A stretch of 63,369 bases of DNA, filler included, from an uncultured Methanosarcinales archaeon (GCA_964550945.1; 4 parts of 3 records of this genome joined end to end with filler, not necessarily neighbours in it); one strand, 5' to 3'; positions 10,367-20,853 are shown, numbered from the whole stretch's first letter. The notes: generated from the letters alone by a model not told the origin. Numbers and translations are program-made.

Positions 10367-11037
10367 TTTATCTTGATTAGGCTAGTTTCCTTACCAATAG
10401 GGAAAGAGTATTTTTTGAGCGTCTCTACTGGAGTATTCTTGCTGCTCTTGTAAGTTATCTTATCTGAGCTAACATCCTCAACCTTTCCAGTTTCAGCGGT
10501 ATGCTTTCCGCCTATAAGATACACCAAAACACCTTTCTCAAGCTTGACGTGTTCTTTAATCTCTAACTTAGGCAAACTGAGAAACAAGCTATCTCCAACT
10601 TTATAATCGTCTTTTTCAACTAAAATGTTTTTTCCATCATTTAATCTTAGCTGAGTTTTTCCACTAACTTTGCCTTTACCAACTATCTTGCAAAGTTTGT
10701 CTGCAATCTTATCCTGGATCAATTTGATATTGCCTTTTTTGTCTAAAACAACCCTAAAAGATTCCTCAGTATCAGGCATTTTGATTACATCAAACAAGCC
10801 GATAGGGAGCCGGTAATCTTTTCTTCTTTTTCCATCAACAAGGATTATCTTATTCTGGAGAATAAATTTAACTTCCCTCATGTCTTTAGCATATTTCAGT
10901 ACGTCTCTTAGTATGATCCCCAAGGGCATGCTTCCATTTAATGAATGAGGACCAGGCTTAGGCTTTACGACATATATGATTCCTTTTCTTTTTATTCGCC
11001 AGGTTTTTGGCATGCACAATCTTTTCATGTGGCTCAT
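10363..11037 (-). CDS. rps4e: 30S ribosomal protein S4e
   Basis: HMKRLCMPKTW, PGPH, GGKHTAETG. Confidence 0.96.
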   Translation of the reverse strand: MSHMKRLCMPKTWRIKRKGIIYVVKPKPGPHSLNGSMPLGIILRDVLKYAKDMREVKFILQNKIILVDGKRRKDYRLPIGLFDVIKMPDTEESFRVVLDKKGNIKLIQDKIADKLCKIVGKGKVSGKTQLRLNDGKNILVEKDDYKVGDSLFLSLPKLEIKEHVKLEKGVLVYLIGGKHTAETGKVEDVSSDKITYKSSKNTPVETLKKYSFPIGKETSLIKIK

Positions 11038-11430
11038 TTTTTACCTCTCTCCAAAATCTTCTGCCGGTTCTTATCATCCATGTTTAATTCTAAGATCAGT
11101 AAGTTTGATGGCTCTAGTGGTATCAGAGTTTTAGNNNNNNNNNNTCCCATCTTTTCTGATCTTCTCCATGCCTGTGATGTACACCTTAGTTTTTTTCAAA
11201 TCTACCCGTTCTATCTTCCCATCCTTTTTCCTGAATTCCCCTCTTAATATCTTTACTTTATCCCCTTTTTTAAGGCCCATATTCCTTTTTCCGTATTTAG
11301 CCCTTAACTCTTTTGAAAGATGCGATCTTATAAAATCGTGCCTTATGTGCAGGGGAGCATTGTACCTATACTTCCTCTGTTTTCTTGGCTGTTTGCTGCT
11401 TTTCCAGCTTGATGAAAATTTTTTTCTCAT
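11034..11430 (-). CDS. rpl24: 50S ribosomal protein L24 (spans a 10-N placeholder)
   Basis: SKQPRKQRKYRYNAPLH, KGDKVKILRG; removing the Ns at 11135-11144 restores KDG-TKTLIPLEPSNL. Confidence 0.95.
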
Positions 11431-11828
11431 ACTATTACCTTAGCTATCTTAGCTACACTCCCCCATCTTTCGCAGGCTTCTTTTGCAATTGGGCCTTTTA
11501 GCAGGGTTCCTTTAGGAGTCCCTTTTTCATCCTTTAGTACAACAGCAGCATTATCTTCAAACTTAATCCTTATGCCATCTGCTCTTCTGTACTCTTTTTT
11601 TTGCCTAACAATTATCGCATAGACAACTTGTTTTCTCATATCAGGCCTGCCTTTTCTAACAGAAGCTAAAATCAGATCGCCAACTCCTGCAGCAGATCTT
11701 CTGCCCTTAACTGTTTTTTGGCCTATAACACTAATTATCCTGATTATTTTGGCTCCTGAATTATCGCATGCGCCAACTTCACTTCCAACAGGCAATGCCC
11801 GTGTAACTTTAGCCTTCAATGGTAGCAT
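11427..11828 (-). CDS. rpl14: 50S ribosomal protein L14
   Basis: CDNSGAK, FEDNAAV, GPIAKEA. Confidence 0.97.
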   Translation of the reverse strand: MLPLKAKVTRALPVGSEVGACDNSGAKIIRIISVIGQKTVKGRRSAAGVGDLILASVRKGRPDMRKQVVYAIIVRQKKEYRRADGIRIKFEDNAAVVLKDEKGTPKGTLLKGPIAKEACERWGSVAKIAKVIV

Positions 11829-12219
11829 TTTCTTTTGACTCTTCTTTCTCCTTCTTTTCGATTTTTACCCTGGATTCTTCCAAAGCTTCAATTCTTTCTT
11901 TAAATCCTTTTTTAGGCCCTAAATTCTCAACTATCACAAAATTTTTTGTCTTACTCAAAGGCCTGCAACCAATTATTTTGACAATATCGCCATTTTTGGC
12001 GTTTATGCAATCAGGATTATGGGATTTTATCTTTGTTCTTCTTTTTTCGTATCTTTCGTATTTTTTCAGGTAATTTCTTCTTTCCCACTCTACTGTGCAA
12101 GTTCTGCGCATCTTGTCAGATATCACAACTCCAGTAAAGCTCATCCCTCGAGTTTTTAGGTTACCATGAAATGGGCAATTATTATCTTCACATTTTTTAT
12201 CTGGGGTTTTTACCTTCAT
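11809..12219 (-). CDS. rps17: 30S ribosomal protein S17
   Basis: CEDNNCPFHG, KKYERYEKRR, CRPLSKTK. Confidence 0.97.
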   Translation of the reverse strand: MKVKTPDKKCEDNNCPFHGNLKTRGMSFTGVVISDKMRRTCTVEWERRNYLKKYERYEKRRTKIKSHNPDCINAKNGDIVKIIGCRPLSKTKNFVIVENLGPKKGFKERIEALEESRVKIEKKEKEESKENATIEG

Positions 12220-12223
12220 CGAA

Positions 12224-12466
12224 TCACCATTTTACCTTGATCCTTTCTTCCGGCCTAAAAACAAGCCTTTTTCCATCTACACAAAATGATTTGTTATCAA
12301 TGAAAACTTCAAATGAGCTATTTTTTTTGGTCACTTTTTTCCTACCTTCCTTTGTTTCGATTAAAAACATATTTTTTGTTTCGTCTAGTATCTTTCCTTG
12401 GATATCTTTTCCTTTAAGTTTTACATAGAGGCCTATAAATTCGCCTCTCAGCAGGTCTTCATCCAT
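12224..12466 (-). CDS. rnp1: ribonuclease P protein subunit Rpp29 (component 1)
   Basis: EFIGL, GKILDETKN, RPEERIK; canonical operon position. Confidence 0.92.
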   Translation of the reverse strand: MDEDLLRGEFIGLYVKLKGKDIQGKILDETKNMFLIETKEGRKKVTKKNSSFEVFIDNKSFCVDGKRLVFRPEERIKVKW

Positions 12467-12469
12467 TTT

Positions 12470-12778
12470 TTATTTGAATTCAATTGTTTCAGGTGCGAAG
12501 CCAATCTCTACCAATATATTTTTTACTTTGTACATATGGTCACCTTGCAGCTCTATCCTTCCGCCTTTTGCTGTGCCACCACATGCAAACCTGTTTTTCA
12601 GTTTCTTTGTCAACTCCTTGAAGTCAATCTCTTTTCCATCTATCCCTTCAATCACTGTATTTACCTTCCCAAATTTCTTCTTCTCTAAATACACTTGGAT
12701 TTTTTGGCTCTCTTTAGCTATTATTTCACAGACACATAGCTCTTGTGGTAATCCGCACTTAATACAAACCTCACTCAT
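12470..12778 (-). CDS. translation initiation factor aIF-1 (SUI1)
   Basis: CGLPQELCVC, ACGGTAK, IELQGDH. Confidence 0.95.
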   Translation of the reverse strand: MSEVCIKCGLPQELCVCEIIAKESQKIQVYLEKKKFGKVNTVIEGIDGKEIDFKELTKKLKNRFACGGTAKGGRIELQGDHMYKVKNILVEIGFAPETIEFK

Positions 12779-12971
12779 TAGTACGCTCCTTTTGGCCTAA
12801 AACCATCATGATCCTAGCGATGGTCTTTTTTATTTGCTTTATCTGTCCAGGACTTTTTGGGGTAGTTCCTGTACTTATCTGAGCATTTTGCTTAATCAAC
12901 TCTTTTTTCAGCTCTATGAGCTTGATATTCAAATCCTCTTTACTCAGTTCCCGTATTTCCTTTATCTTCAT
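12771..12971 (-). CDS. rpl29: 50S ribosomal protein L29
   Basis: KEIREL...PGQIKQIKKTIARI. Confidence 0.95.
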   Translation of the reverse strand: MKIKEIRELSKEDLNIKLIELKKELIKQNAQISTGTTPKSPGQIKQIKKTIARIMMVLGQKERTNE

Positions 12972-13635
12972 CTTTCTTTTCCTCTACGTGTTTCTCCTCT
13001 TTTTTAGGGGCTTCTTCTTTTTTTTCTTCCTTCTTTTCTTCCTCAACAAGCGTTATACTGTCAGGCAGCTTTATGTCTGGCGGCATGATTTTAACTTTAA
13101 CGCCGACTATGCCTGTCTTCAATTTTGCGCTTGCATATGCTACCTTAACACCAGTTATAGCAATGTCGCCGCATTTTTTCAAATAACCAGAGTAAAATCT
13201 CCACCTTTTTGCCCTTGCGCTTGGAATCTTCCCGCTAATGACAATCTCTATGCCTAAAGCGCCGGCGTTCATTGAATCACTCATCGCCTTATGGCCAATT
13301 GCTTTGAATCTGTTTGTGCCAAACTTCTCAAGCGAATCTGCTATTCTCTGAGCCGTTATATTGGCATCTAAACCGATGTTCTCGACTTCGCTTATCTCTA
13401 TCTGAGGATTTTCAAGCCCAAATTTCTTTTTTAAATTCTTTGTAAGCTGCTTGATATTTTGGCCTTTTTTGCCTACAACTAACCCTGGCCTTGAAACAGA
13501 AAGTATCACTTTTTCTCCTAAAGGAGTCCTGACTAATTTTGTGTGGCTGTGGCCGGCGCCTTTCAGGTTCTCACCCATGTATTCCTGTATCTGGAACTCT
13601 TTGATCCTTTGCGCAATAAACTTCCTCTCAATCAT
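12940..13635 (-). CDS. rps3: 30S ribosomal protein S3
   Basis: RTPLG, RPGLVVGKKG, GALGIEIVISGK. Confidence 0.97.
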   Translation of the reverse strand: MIERKFIAQRIKEFQIQEYMGENLKGAGHSHTKLVRTPLGEKVILSVSRPGLVVGKKGQNIKQLTKNLKKKFGLENPQIEISEVENIGLDANITAQRIADSLEKFGTNRFKAIGHKAMSDSMNAGALGIEIVISGKIPSARAKRWRFYSGYLKKCGDIAITGVKVAYASAKLKTGIVGVKVKIMPPDIKLPDSITLVEEEKKEEKKEEAPKKEEKHVEEKKDEDKGNTGTE

Positions 13636-14123
13636 TTTTTTGCTCCTTTATCTTTTTTGTTCTCCTTTTCTTTGCCTTTTTTCTCTTCTGGCGCCTTTTT
13701 TTCCTCAACTACCAATTCCAAACTGGTTCTTTTCATTTGCCTTCTTCGTTTTCTTCCGAAGTGCCACGTCTTGCTTGATTTGTCTGCTTTTATATGGATA
13801 ATAACTAAATTGTTAGTATTTAGGCCCTTAAACTGGGCATTAGCTTCAACTCCCTCCACCAATTTCAAAAATTCCTTTGCGGCTTTTGCAGGATAACTTC
13901 CAGGCCCGATCTTTTTTTTATGGCCTAAATCCATTATATACCTTCTGAAAGGAACAGGGGTCTTTAGCTGCGCAACCCCATTTAAAAGTTCTTTTGCTTT
14001 TTTTACTGTCCTATTGCGAATGAACCTGCATAGCTCTACAGACTGCTTTGTCGAAACAGGCAAAGCTATTGCGCACGCTCTTGCCATCCTCTCTTTATCG
14101 TATTTTTTATATGAGTAGCTCAT
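13632..14123 (-). CDS. rpl22: 50S ribosomal protein L22
   Basis: VSTKQSVELCRFIR, PVPFRRY, GSYPAKAA. Confidence 0.95.
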   Translation of the reverse strand: MSYSYKKYDKERMARACAIALPVSTKQSVELCRFIRNRTVKKAKELLNGVAQLKTPVPFRRYIMDLGHKKKIGPGSYPAKAAKEFLKLVEGVEANAQFKGLNTNNLVIIHIKADKSSKTWHFGRKRRRQMKRTSLELVVEEKKAPEEKKGKEKENKKDKGAKK

Positions 14124-14124
14124 T

Positions 14125-14508
14125 TTATTTCACAGATATGCTTGCGCTGCTTCTTGTAGCACCGATACCTGGCGCGTTATGACTCACCTTTTTTCTTGTC
14201 AGCACAAATTCACCTAAATAGTGGCCGATCATTTCGTCTAATAGGGTAACTGGAGTAAAACTTTTTCCCTGATGCACTTTGATTGTTGCGCCTACCATCT
14301 CAGGGATTACTATCATGTCTCTGCAATGGGTTTCTACGCCCTCTCTTTTGTTTCTGATATTCTCAAGCAATTTTTTCTTTTGGTCGCTAAATCCCCTCTT
14401 TAATGACCTTCTCTGCCTAGCTGGAAGAAGCCCAATAAACTCATTGGTGCTTAATTTCTGCAGCTCTGGCAAAGTTTTTCCACGGTAGCTAAATTCTTTT
14501 TTCACCAT
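14125..14508 (-). CDS. rps19: 30S ribosomal protein S19
   Basis: [29 protein letters not shown]. Confidence 0.97.
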   Translation of the reverse strand: MVKKEFSYRGKTLPELQKLSTNEFIGLLPARQRRSLKRGFSDQKKKLLENIRNKREGVETHCRDMIVIPEMVGATIKVHQGKSFTPVTLLDEMIGHYLGEFVLTRKKVSHNAPGIGATRSSASISVK

Positions 14509-14510
14509 TT

Positions 14511-15224
14511 TTACCTACTCTTCCTTCCGGTTCTTCTTGGCGCTATCTTGCCAACTTTTCTTCCTGGAGGATCGTTTCTTGCAGATTGAGTTGGCCTTCC
14601 TTTATGCGCGGAACTAGAACCTCCAAATGGATGGTCAACAGCGTTCATTGAAGTTCCTGATGTTTGCGGCCATAACTTGTTCTTGGATTTCATCTTGTAA
14701 TACCTATTTCCAGCTTTTACGAATGGTTTTTCTGTTCTTCCTGAGCCGGATATTATACCGATAATTGCCCTGCATTCAGGCCTGAAACTTTTATTTTTGT
14801 TAGATGGCAACCTGACTACAACGCCTTCTTTAAGCTTGGTTACTATTTTTGCAAACCCTCCGCTGCTTCTTACAAATTTGCCTCCGTCTCCTGGATTGCT
14901 CTCAATATTATAAATCTCTGTTCCTTCAGGTATACTCTTTAAAGGCAGAATATTGCCCACTCTAATTGACACATCTTCACCACTGTTGATTGTGTCGCCA
15001 ACGCTGATACCTTCTGGAGCTTGTAATAGCCCAGCCTTGCCGTCTTCATATTTTATCTCCATTAATGGGCTGTTATGGCCGGGGCAATGTATGATATCAA
15101 CAATTTCTCCGTTTATTGCAAGAGAGTCAGATCTGAATTTGCTTTCTCCCTTGTAATTGAAACTTGGAGCCCTATATCTTGGGCCTCCTTTTCCTCTTGC
15201 TTGTTGTATTAGGTTCTTTCCCAT
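14511..15224 (-). CDS. rpl2: 50S ribosomal protein L2
   Basis: [38 protein letters not shown]. Confidence 0.97.
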   Translation of the reverse strand: MGKNLIQQARGKGGPRYRAPSFNYKGESKFRSDSLAINGEIVDIIHCPGHNSPLMEIKYEDGKAGLLQAPEGISVGDTINSGEDVSIRVGNILPLKSIPEGTEIYNIESNPGDGGKFVRSSGGFAKIVTKLKEGVVVRLPSNKNKSFRPECRAIIGIISGSGRTEKPFVKAGNRYYKMKSKNKLWPQTSGTSMNAVDHPFGGSSSAHKGRPTQSARNDPPGRKVGKIAPRRTGRKSR

Positions 15225-15229
15225 CTTAA

Positions 15230-15490
15230 TCACATCAGGCCAAGTTGAGTAGCAATGTCGATAGCAGGCGTCTCTTCTGAAAATTTGACATAAGCTTTCT
15301 TATTGCCTTCTGGGTCAATAAGCGTATTTACTGATTTAACTTTCACCTTAAACATAGTTTCAATCGCTTCCTTGATGTCTTTTTTGTTAGCTTTTCTGTC
15401 TACTACAAAGACTAACTTATTCTCAGATTCCATAAGCCTTATCGATTTTTCTGTTGATAATGGGTATTTTATTACTTCGAATTGGTCCAT
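15230..15490 (-). CDS. rpl23: 50S ribosomal protein L23
   Basis: YPLSTEKS, KKAYVK, ATQLG. Confidence 0.96.
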   Translation of the reverse strand: MDQFEVIKYPLSTEKSIRLMESENKLVFVVDRKANKKDIKEAIETMFKVKVKSVNTLIDPEGNKKAYVKFSEETPAIDIATQLGLM

Positions 15491-15491
15491 T

Positions 15492-16297
15492 TTAGATAAA
15501 CAACTTTTCTTTTTCTAATTGCTCAATGGCTTTTTGCGTGAATAGGGTTAACCTGCCTATATCTGCGCCAGGAGCCAATAGCTCAGCGTTTAACTCTTTG
15601 ACTTTGACAATATCCAAACCAGGTATGTTAGATGCTGACTTTAATAGTTTGCATTCGTCTGCAACAACAATTAAAGGCCCTTTCTTTTTTACATATTTCC
15701 TTCCTCTCATCTTTCCTTTTCCTGCCCTAATCCTCTTTTTGCTTGATCTTTCCAACTCTTCTTTTAAGCCAATCTTTTCTAGAGTTTCTATGACTTGCTT
15801 TGTTTTATCGAGATTTTCAAAATCATTGTCTAAAATAAATGGATAGCTTACAGGCACGATGTGGCCCCTTTCGCTTACAGGCTCTTGATGATAGTAGCAG
15901 CCAATGCGCTTCTGATTGCTTTTCTTCTTTCTTTCTTGTTTATCCTTTGCCAATAAATCTTGCCTGCCTTTGGAGGATGGGCTCTTCTTCCACCCACAGT
16001 GCCAGGCGCAAAAGCCCCTACCCAATTCATCCTTGTTCCTCTTCTGCTTAATATCTTTCGAGGAACTCTTGAGATCCCCAAGCCGTAAGAGCCACGATAG
16101 TCGCGCCTTCTTCTGGACAGAACTGCTGATGCTCGTTTTCCAGCTTCTGGCTTTGCACCATATGGCTGCCTTTTATGGCTTTGCACAGCCAAAACAGCTC
16201 TTCTCACTAAATCTGGCCTTGGCTGCTCATTAAATTGTCTAGGTAAATTAATCTCTTTTACTTTTTCATTATTTAAGTTGTATACTGCAAGTCTCAT
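15492..16297 (-). CDS. rpl4: 50S ribosomal protein L4, split by an apparent 1-nt frameshift near 15885
   Basis: N-half (RQPYG, GGRRAHPP, INKKERRKAIRSALAAT) in ORF 15875-16297; C-half (VSERGH, RAGKGKMRGR, LLAPG..GRLTLF) in ORF 15492-16025. Confidence 0.9.
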
Positions 16298-17250
16298 TTG
16301 CTGATATATCTCACTGGAGGAGCTTCCTTTGTAATTTTCTTATTCTCCCTGATTGCGCAATTGAATCTGACTAATCTTTTTCTTGGTCCGCCAATGCTAC
16401 CTTTGACTAATATATAATTGTTTCTCACTATGCCATATTTTATGTGGCCGCCTTTTGGATTTATCTCTTCTACTTTGTTGCTGATCCTCAGTAATTGTTT
16501 ATTATATTCTGTTCTGAGATGATAGCCCATTTTTCCTGCATGGGCAACCCTATACATAACATGGCCTTGGCCGCACCATGGCCCAAGTGAGCCAGGATTT
16601 CTTACACTCTTTTCAGATTTATGGCTCCTTAGATGGACACCAAATCTTTTTACAGGCCCCTGAAAACCTTTTCCTTTAGTTATGCAATGGAAATCAAGCT
16701 GCTGACCTTCTTTAAAAATCTCTTCAATGCTAATTTCTTTGCCTAATTTTTCTTTTGCATATGCCAGTTTGCCTTCTTTTTTTCCTCCAATTGCAATCTC
16801 TGATAAGTCTGGCTTTTTCTTGCCAATACCAGTCAGTCTTGGCTGGGTGTTTGCAATCAGCTTTATATCATCATAATCTTTAACGTCCTCAATTTTCTTT
16901 GTGCTTTTTGGAATTATTATGGCTCTTTTTAGCTCTTTATCAAGATTATCAGCCCAAACCTCAGAAAAAGCTTTTAAACCATTTGTTGTATTTTTGTAGA
17001 AGCGTATAGAAGCAATCTTTATCGATGGACACTCAATGATTGTCACTGGAAATGAAATCTCGGTGTTTTTTGTCAATGAATTTGGCCTGTTGTCATTAAC
17101 TATGAGGTGAGTCATCCCGACTTTATAACCCATAAATCCCAGCATCTTAGAATCATTTGATTTAGCCCATGATCTAATTCTAATCTCTTTGGCTCTTTTC
17201 CTAGGCCAATACTGCATACTTCCGCTTCTTGGTTTTCTGCTTTGAGGCAT
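16294..17250 (-). CDS. rpl3: 50S ribosomal protein L3
   Basis: PRSGSMQYWPRKRA, GYKVGMTH, TKGKGFQGPVKRFG; start reassigned to ATG 17250. Confidence 0.97.
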   Translation of the reverse strand: MPQSRKPRSGSMQYWPRKRAKEIRIRSWAKSNDSKMLGFMGYKVGMTHLIVNDNRPNSLTKNTEISFPVTIIECPSIKIASIRFYKNTTNGLKAFSEVWADNLDKELKRAIIIPKSTKKIEDVKDYDDIKLIANTQPRLTGIGKKKPDLSEIAIGGKKEGKLAYAKEKLGKEISIEEIFKEGQQLDFHCITKGKGFQGPVKRFGVHLRSHKSEKSVRNPGSLGPWCGQGHVMYRVAHAGKMGYHLRTEYNKQLLRISNKVEEINPKGGHIKYGIVRNNYILVKGSIGGPRKRLVRFNCAIRENKKITKEAPPVRYISK

Positions 17251-17503
17251 TTTAGCACTATAATATACAGCTATAGTTTGTTTTTCATTCAAAAAAGCCT
17301 TTTATTGAAGCATTTATTAGAAACAAATATGTGTATAAACTTACTATTTGTACTGAAAAAGCTTCTTTTCAGGCTTGATTATGATGAGTATTTAAACCAT
17401 TTAAATACTGTTTGGCTTTGTGAATCTACGACTATTTATAAAGGTTTTTGTTTTTTGTATCTAACCTGCCAATCAAGAACCAATAATTATATTCCGAATC
17501 CAC

Positions 17504-18676
17504 CTATTTGTTTATATGCACAACCTTTGCTGGCGGGAAACCATTAAAATATGTTGATGATGCAATGCTATAAGCTCCAATATTTTCTGCATATAACATG
17601 TCATGTATCTCAAGATCTGGAGGCAGCTCATCTGCAAGTGATATGGTGTCAAATGCATCGCATGTTGGGCCAAATGTTGCGCATAATTGAGTTTCTCCCT
17701 CTTTGAATGATTTTATAGGATATTTGCAATGGTCAAATACTATCCCCGAGAATGTGTGATATACACCATCATTTAGATAATAAGATGTTTTTCCATCACG
17801 GATAGCTTTTCCAATTATTTTTACAACAAGAGTGCAGGCAGTGGCAACTATGAATCTACCTGGCTCTGCAAGGATTTCTATATCATCTGGGAATAAGCGC
17901 TTAAATTCAGCATTAAGCTTTTTTGCAAGCGTCCTGAATGATTGCACTTTAGGATGATATTTTACTGGAAACCCCCCTCCAATATCAAGTATCTTTATCT
18001 TGTGGCCGCGTGATTCAGCTTCTTTGAAGATATTTGCTGAAAGCTGCAATGCCTGGGCATAATTTTCAAAATTTGTGCATTGGCTGCCAACATGGAAACT
18101 AATGCCTTCAACAACTAATCCCAGCTTGAATGCCTCATCTATAAGATCAACAGCTTCTCCTGGATTAGCTCCAAACTTTGATGAAAGTTCGACCATTGAT
18201 CCAGTGTTTGGCACCCTTATCCTTAATACTAATCCTGCATTAGGGCAATGCTTCTTTATTTTCTTTAACTCTTCGATGTTGTCATAAGTGACTAATGGCT
18301 TATAGGGGTTTAATGCCTCCAATGTTTCAACTGGCTTTATTGTGTTGGCATAGATTATCTTGTCCCAAATAAAGTCTTGCTGCTCTTTTTTAGGCAAATG
18401 TTTTATGTTTTCATTCACTAGCAGGAATTCGGGCATTGAAGCAACATCAAAGCTTGAGCCTAATTTATACAATGTTTTTATTATCTCTTGGTCTGTATTC
18501 GCTTTTACTGCATAATAAATCTGGACTCTTGGGAGATTATCCTTTAATTCTTTGTAGTTCTGCCTAATCTTTTCATGATCAACAATAAAAACAGGAGTGC
18601 CATGCTCTTCTGCAATTTTTTTTATAACTTGTTTAAACTCTTCTGTTTTTTCTTTATCATCATTCTTATTTCCCAT
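17504..18676 (-). CDS. ornithine/lysine decarboxylase, fold-type III PLP enzyme
   Basis: YAVKAN (PLP lysine), FDVAS, SKFG, SFHVGSQ, DIGGGF, EPGR, GPTCDAFD, GAYS, FNGF. Confidence 0.92.
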   Translation of the reverse strand: MGNKNDDKEKTEEFKQVIKKIAEEHGTPVFIVDHEKIRQNYKELKDNLPRVQIYYAVKANTDQEIIKTLYKLGSSFDVASMPEFLLVNENIKHLPKKEQQDFIWDKIIYANTIKPVETLEALNPYKPLVTYDNIEELKKIKKHCPNAGLVLRIRVPNTGSMVELSSKFGANPGEAVDLIDEAFKLGLVVEGISFHVGSQCTNFENYAQALQLSANIFKEAESRGHKIKILDIGGGFPVKYHPKVQSFRTLAKKLNAEFKRLFPDDIEILAEPGRFIVATACTLVVKIIGKAIRDGKTSYYLNDGVYHTFSGIVFDHCKYPIKSFKEGETQLCATFGPTCDAFDTISLADELPPDLEIHDMLYAENIGAYSIASSTYFNGFPPAKVVHINK

Positions 18677-18696
18677 TTTGTTCACCATCTATCTTG

Positions 18697-20154
18697 TTAT
18701 GGCACGAACAAGAAATTCTTAAACTGCCATGCATCATCTTCATCAGCTCTGCTCTCAGGATTCTCCTTAAAAAAAATCTTCCTATTCTTTAATGGAGTCC
18801 AATCAGAAGGCATGGATAAAAATTTTCCGAGGTAAGGCCTGGCAATCTTAAGGATATAATCATGAGGCAAATCATCTGGCAGGCAAAGCCCTTTGGATGG
18901 ATTTTCAATCATCCACAAAACTGCAGACACAATGCCAATTGCAACTTGTATTGTTGTTGCATTCTGGCTGGGCAGTATCTTTCTTGTTTCTTCTATACTC
19001 ATTATGCTGCCTGTCCACCATGAGTTGTATACATGGCCCATCACTAATGCCCCAAGAATATCTTCACCAGACGTAATCTCATCAGACATTATCCTTAGTT
19101 TTGGCTGCATCTCGTAATTTCTGCACCTTAACTCATGTAGCGAAACAATTGTTTCATGGCAAGGCATATATGCATAATGCACTGTTGGCCGGTATATTGG
19201 TTTTCCATCCTTCAAGACAGTGAACCTGTCAGATATCCCAAATGCCTCTCCATGCCTTATAACCATGCCAACAATCTCGTGATAAGGTATCCAAGACCTT
19301 ACCCATGTGTTGATGCCCATCTGCGCCAGAAATATCTGATTCTTAGGCCCAATTGGGGGTATATGTGCTAGTTTAGGAAGGTGTTTTTCATGGGTTCCCC
19401 AACCCATCTCTGCTGGAGCAGTCCCCTCTTCCCTTAACCCTTCAATGCTCCATGTGCCAACAAATTCATCAACCTCTTTTGGCTTGCTTGTTAGTTGGGT
19501 GTCTCTTTCTGAGCAGTGAATTGACTTAACGCCCAGCTTCATAGACAGCTCTCCAAAATTATTTGACTCTATTAACTTGAGTAATTTTTCTGATTCTTCT
19601 TTAGAAACTTTCTTATCGCTAATAAGCTTATGCGCAATATCCACTAAAGCTTGTTTAGTGAAGTGTGAGATCAAGCCAGGATTTGCACCGTGGTCAACAA
19701 CTGCAGTAGTTGCATCCTTCCAGTTTTTTGTCAACTCTCTTAGCCTCATCTGCCTATAATACAATGACTTCTCATATGGGGAGGCCGAATAAATTTTTTC
19801 TTTTGGATCCCACTGCTCAACAGACGTGTTCACATACAACACTTCATGATCATGGCACCATTTTACAATCTCGCAGCAGTCTATATTCCATGCAAGGTCT
19901 ATCAATAAGTCTCCTTTTTTCAGAAATTCTGATAGGATATGATCCAATTCTTCTGGGCTGACTTTTCTCTGGAAGAATCTTACTCCTTTCTTTATCCATT
20001 CTTTAAGCTCGTGCTTTTTGTCTTCAAAATCAATTAAAGTAATATTTCCATGCGGGATTTTTATATGCTTCTCCAGCAAAGGAAGCGTGCATTTAGAAAC
20101 AGACCCGTAGCCAATAATCAAGACCTTTCCTTTAAATTCAATCATTTTTTTCAT
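18697..20154 (-). CDS. hss: homospermidine synthase
   Basis: IIGYGSV Rossmann motif, HGANPGLISHF, HCSERDTQ, TWSIEG, PAEMGWGTHE, HGEA, YRPTVHYAY, NATTIQV. Confidence 0.92.
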   Translation of the reverse strand: MKKMIEFKGKVLIIGYGSVSKCTLPLLEKHIKIPHGNITLIDFEDKKHELKEWIKKGVRFFQRKVSPEELDHILSEFLKKGDLLIDLAWNIDCCEIVKWCHDHEVLYVNTSVEQWDPKEKIYSASPYEKSLYYRQMRLRELTKNWKDATTAVVDHGANPGLISHFTKQALVDIAHKLISDKKVSKEESEKLLKLIESNNFGELSMKLGVKSIHCSERDTQLTSKPKEVDEFVGTWSIEGLREEGTAPAEMGWGTHEKHLPKLAHIPPIGPKNQIFLAQMGINTWVRSWIPYHEIVGMVIRHGEAFGISDRFTVLKDGKPIYRPTVHYAYMPCHETIVSLHELRCRNYEMQPKLRIMSDEITSGEDILGALVMGHVYNSWWTGSIMSIEETRKILPSQNATTIQVAIGIVSAVLWMIENPSKGLCLPDDLPHDYILKIARPYLGKFLSMPSDWTPLKNRKIFFKENPESRADEDDAWQFKNFLFVP

Positions 20155-20257
20155 ATTAGAATCATGAATAATATAAAAATATTTTGATTTTGGAGTTTTA
20201 TGTGGGATTATCTTTAATGCAAATCTATATGAACCAACATATATTCTCGATGAGTCA

Positions 20258-20611
20258 ATGCCAGGATTAACTGCACAACAAGCTTCGGAATTAGCTAATC
20301 AATTTAGTCAAACTCATGGTAGGGTTATAAGTGCTTTTACCGGGAGAGTAAAGTCAGAAAGGTCTAGCCATGAAACTCTGCACCAGACAGTAGAAGATGT
20401 TCTTACTGCAGGAGACAGCACAGATATCACAGCAGCATTAGTAGCCTTAGCTGAACTGAGTAGTACCTTAGGTAATGTTTATGGCGCATCAAAAATAGAT
20501 CCACAATTTTTGCAAGCTAGGAGGCTCTATAGGGGCTATTTTAGTGGAGTTGATGGAGCGTTAGAATCCGCATATGTTGCTTTAGGAATTGAAAGGCCCC
20601 ACATTTATTAA
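20258..20611 (+). CDS. hypothetical protein
   Basis: 117-aa ORF with ATG start, occupying the gap between operons. Confidence 0.5.
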   Translation: MPGLTAQQASELANQFSQTHGRVISAFTGRVKSERSSHETLHQTVEDVLTAGDSTDITAALVALAELSSTLGNVYGASKIDPQFLQARRLYRGYFSGVDGALESAYVALGIERPHIY

Positions 20612-20853
20612 TCAAAATAAGTTTTATTCTTTCTTCATCCCTCTAGCCCTAACAAAACAATAATTAACGGGATTTTTAATTTTGTTTGCAAGTTGATAAT
20701 CGTTTTTTTAAGTAAACAGGCAGAATAGCAGTTATTTGAATCGATTAAGAAAATACACTAAACTAATAATAAACAACAGAACAATGATAATTTTTATTAT
20801 TATGAGATATGACCAGAATTTGACTTTTGGTTGTTTGATCCATAAAGAGAATC

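Noticed and set aside
11135..11144. Apparent truncation of L24
   Set aside because: A 10-N scaffold placeholder; deleting it restores the reading frame.
12224..12778. SUI1 and Rpp29 inside the ribosomal operon
   Set aside because: Standard archaeal gene order.
20612..20853. AT-rich gap with a short hydrophobic reading frame on the minus strand
   Set aside because: Interrupted by stops and too short to support a call.
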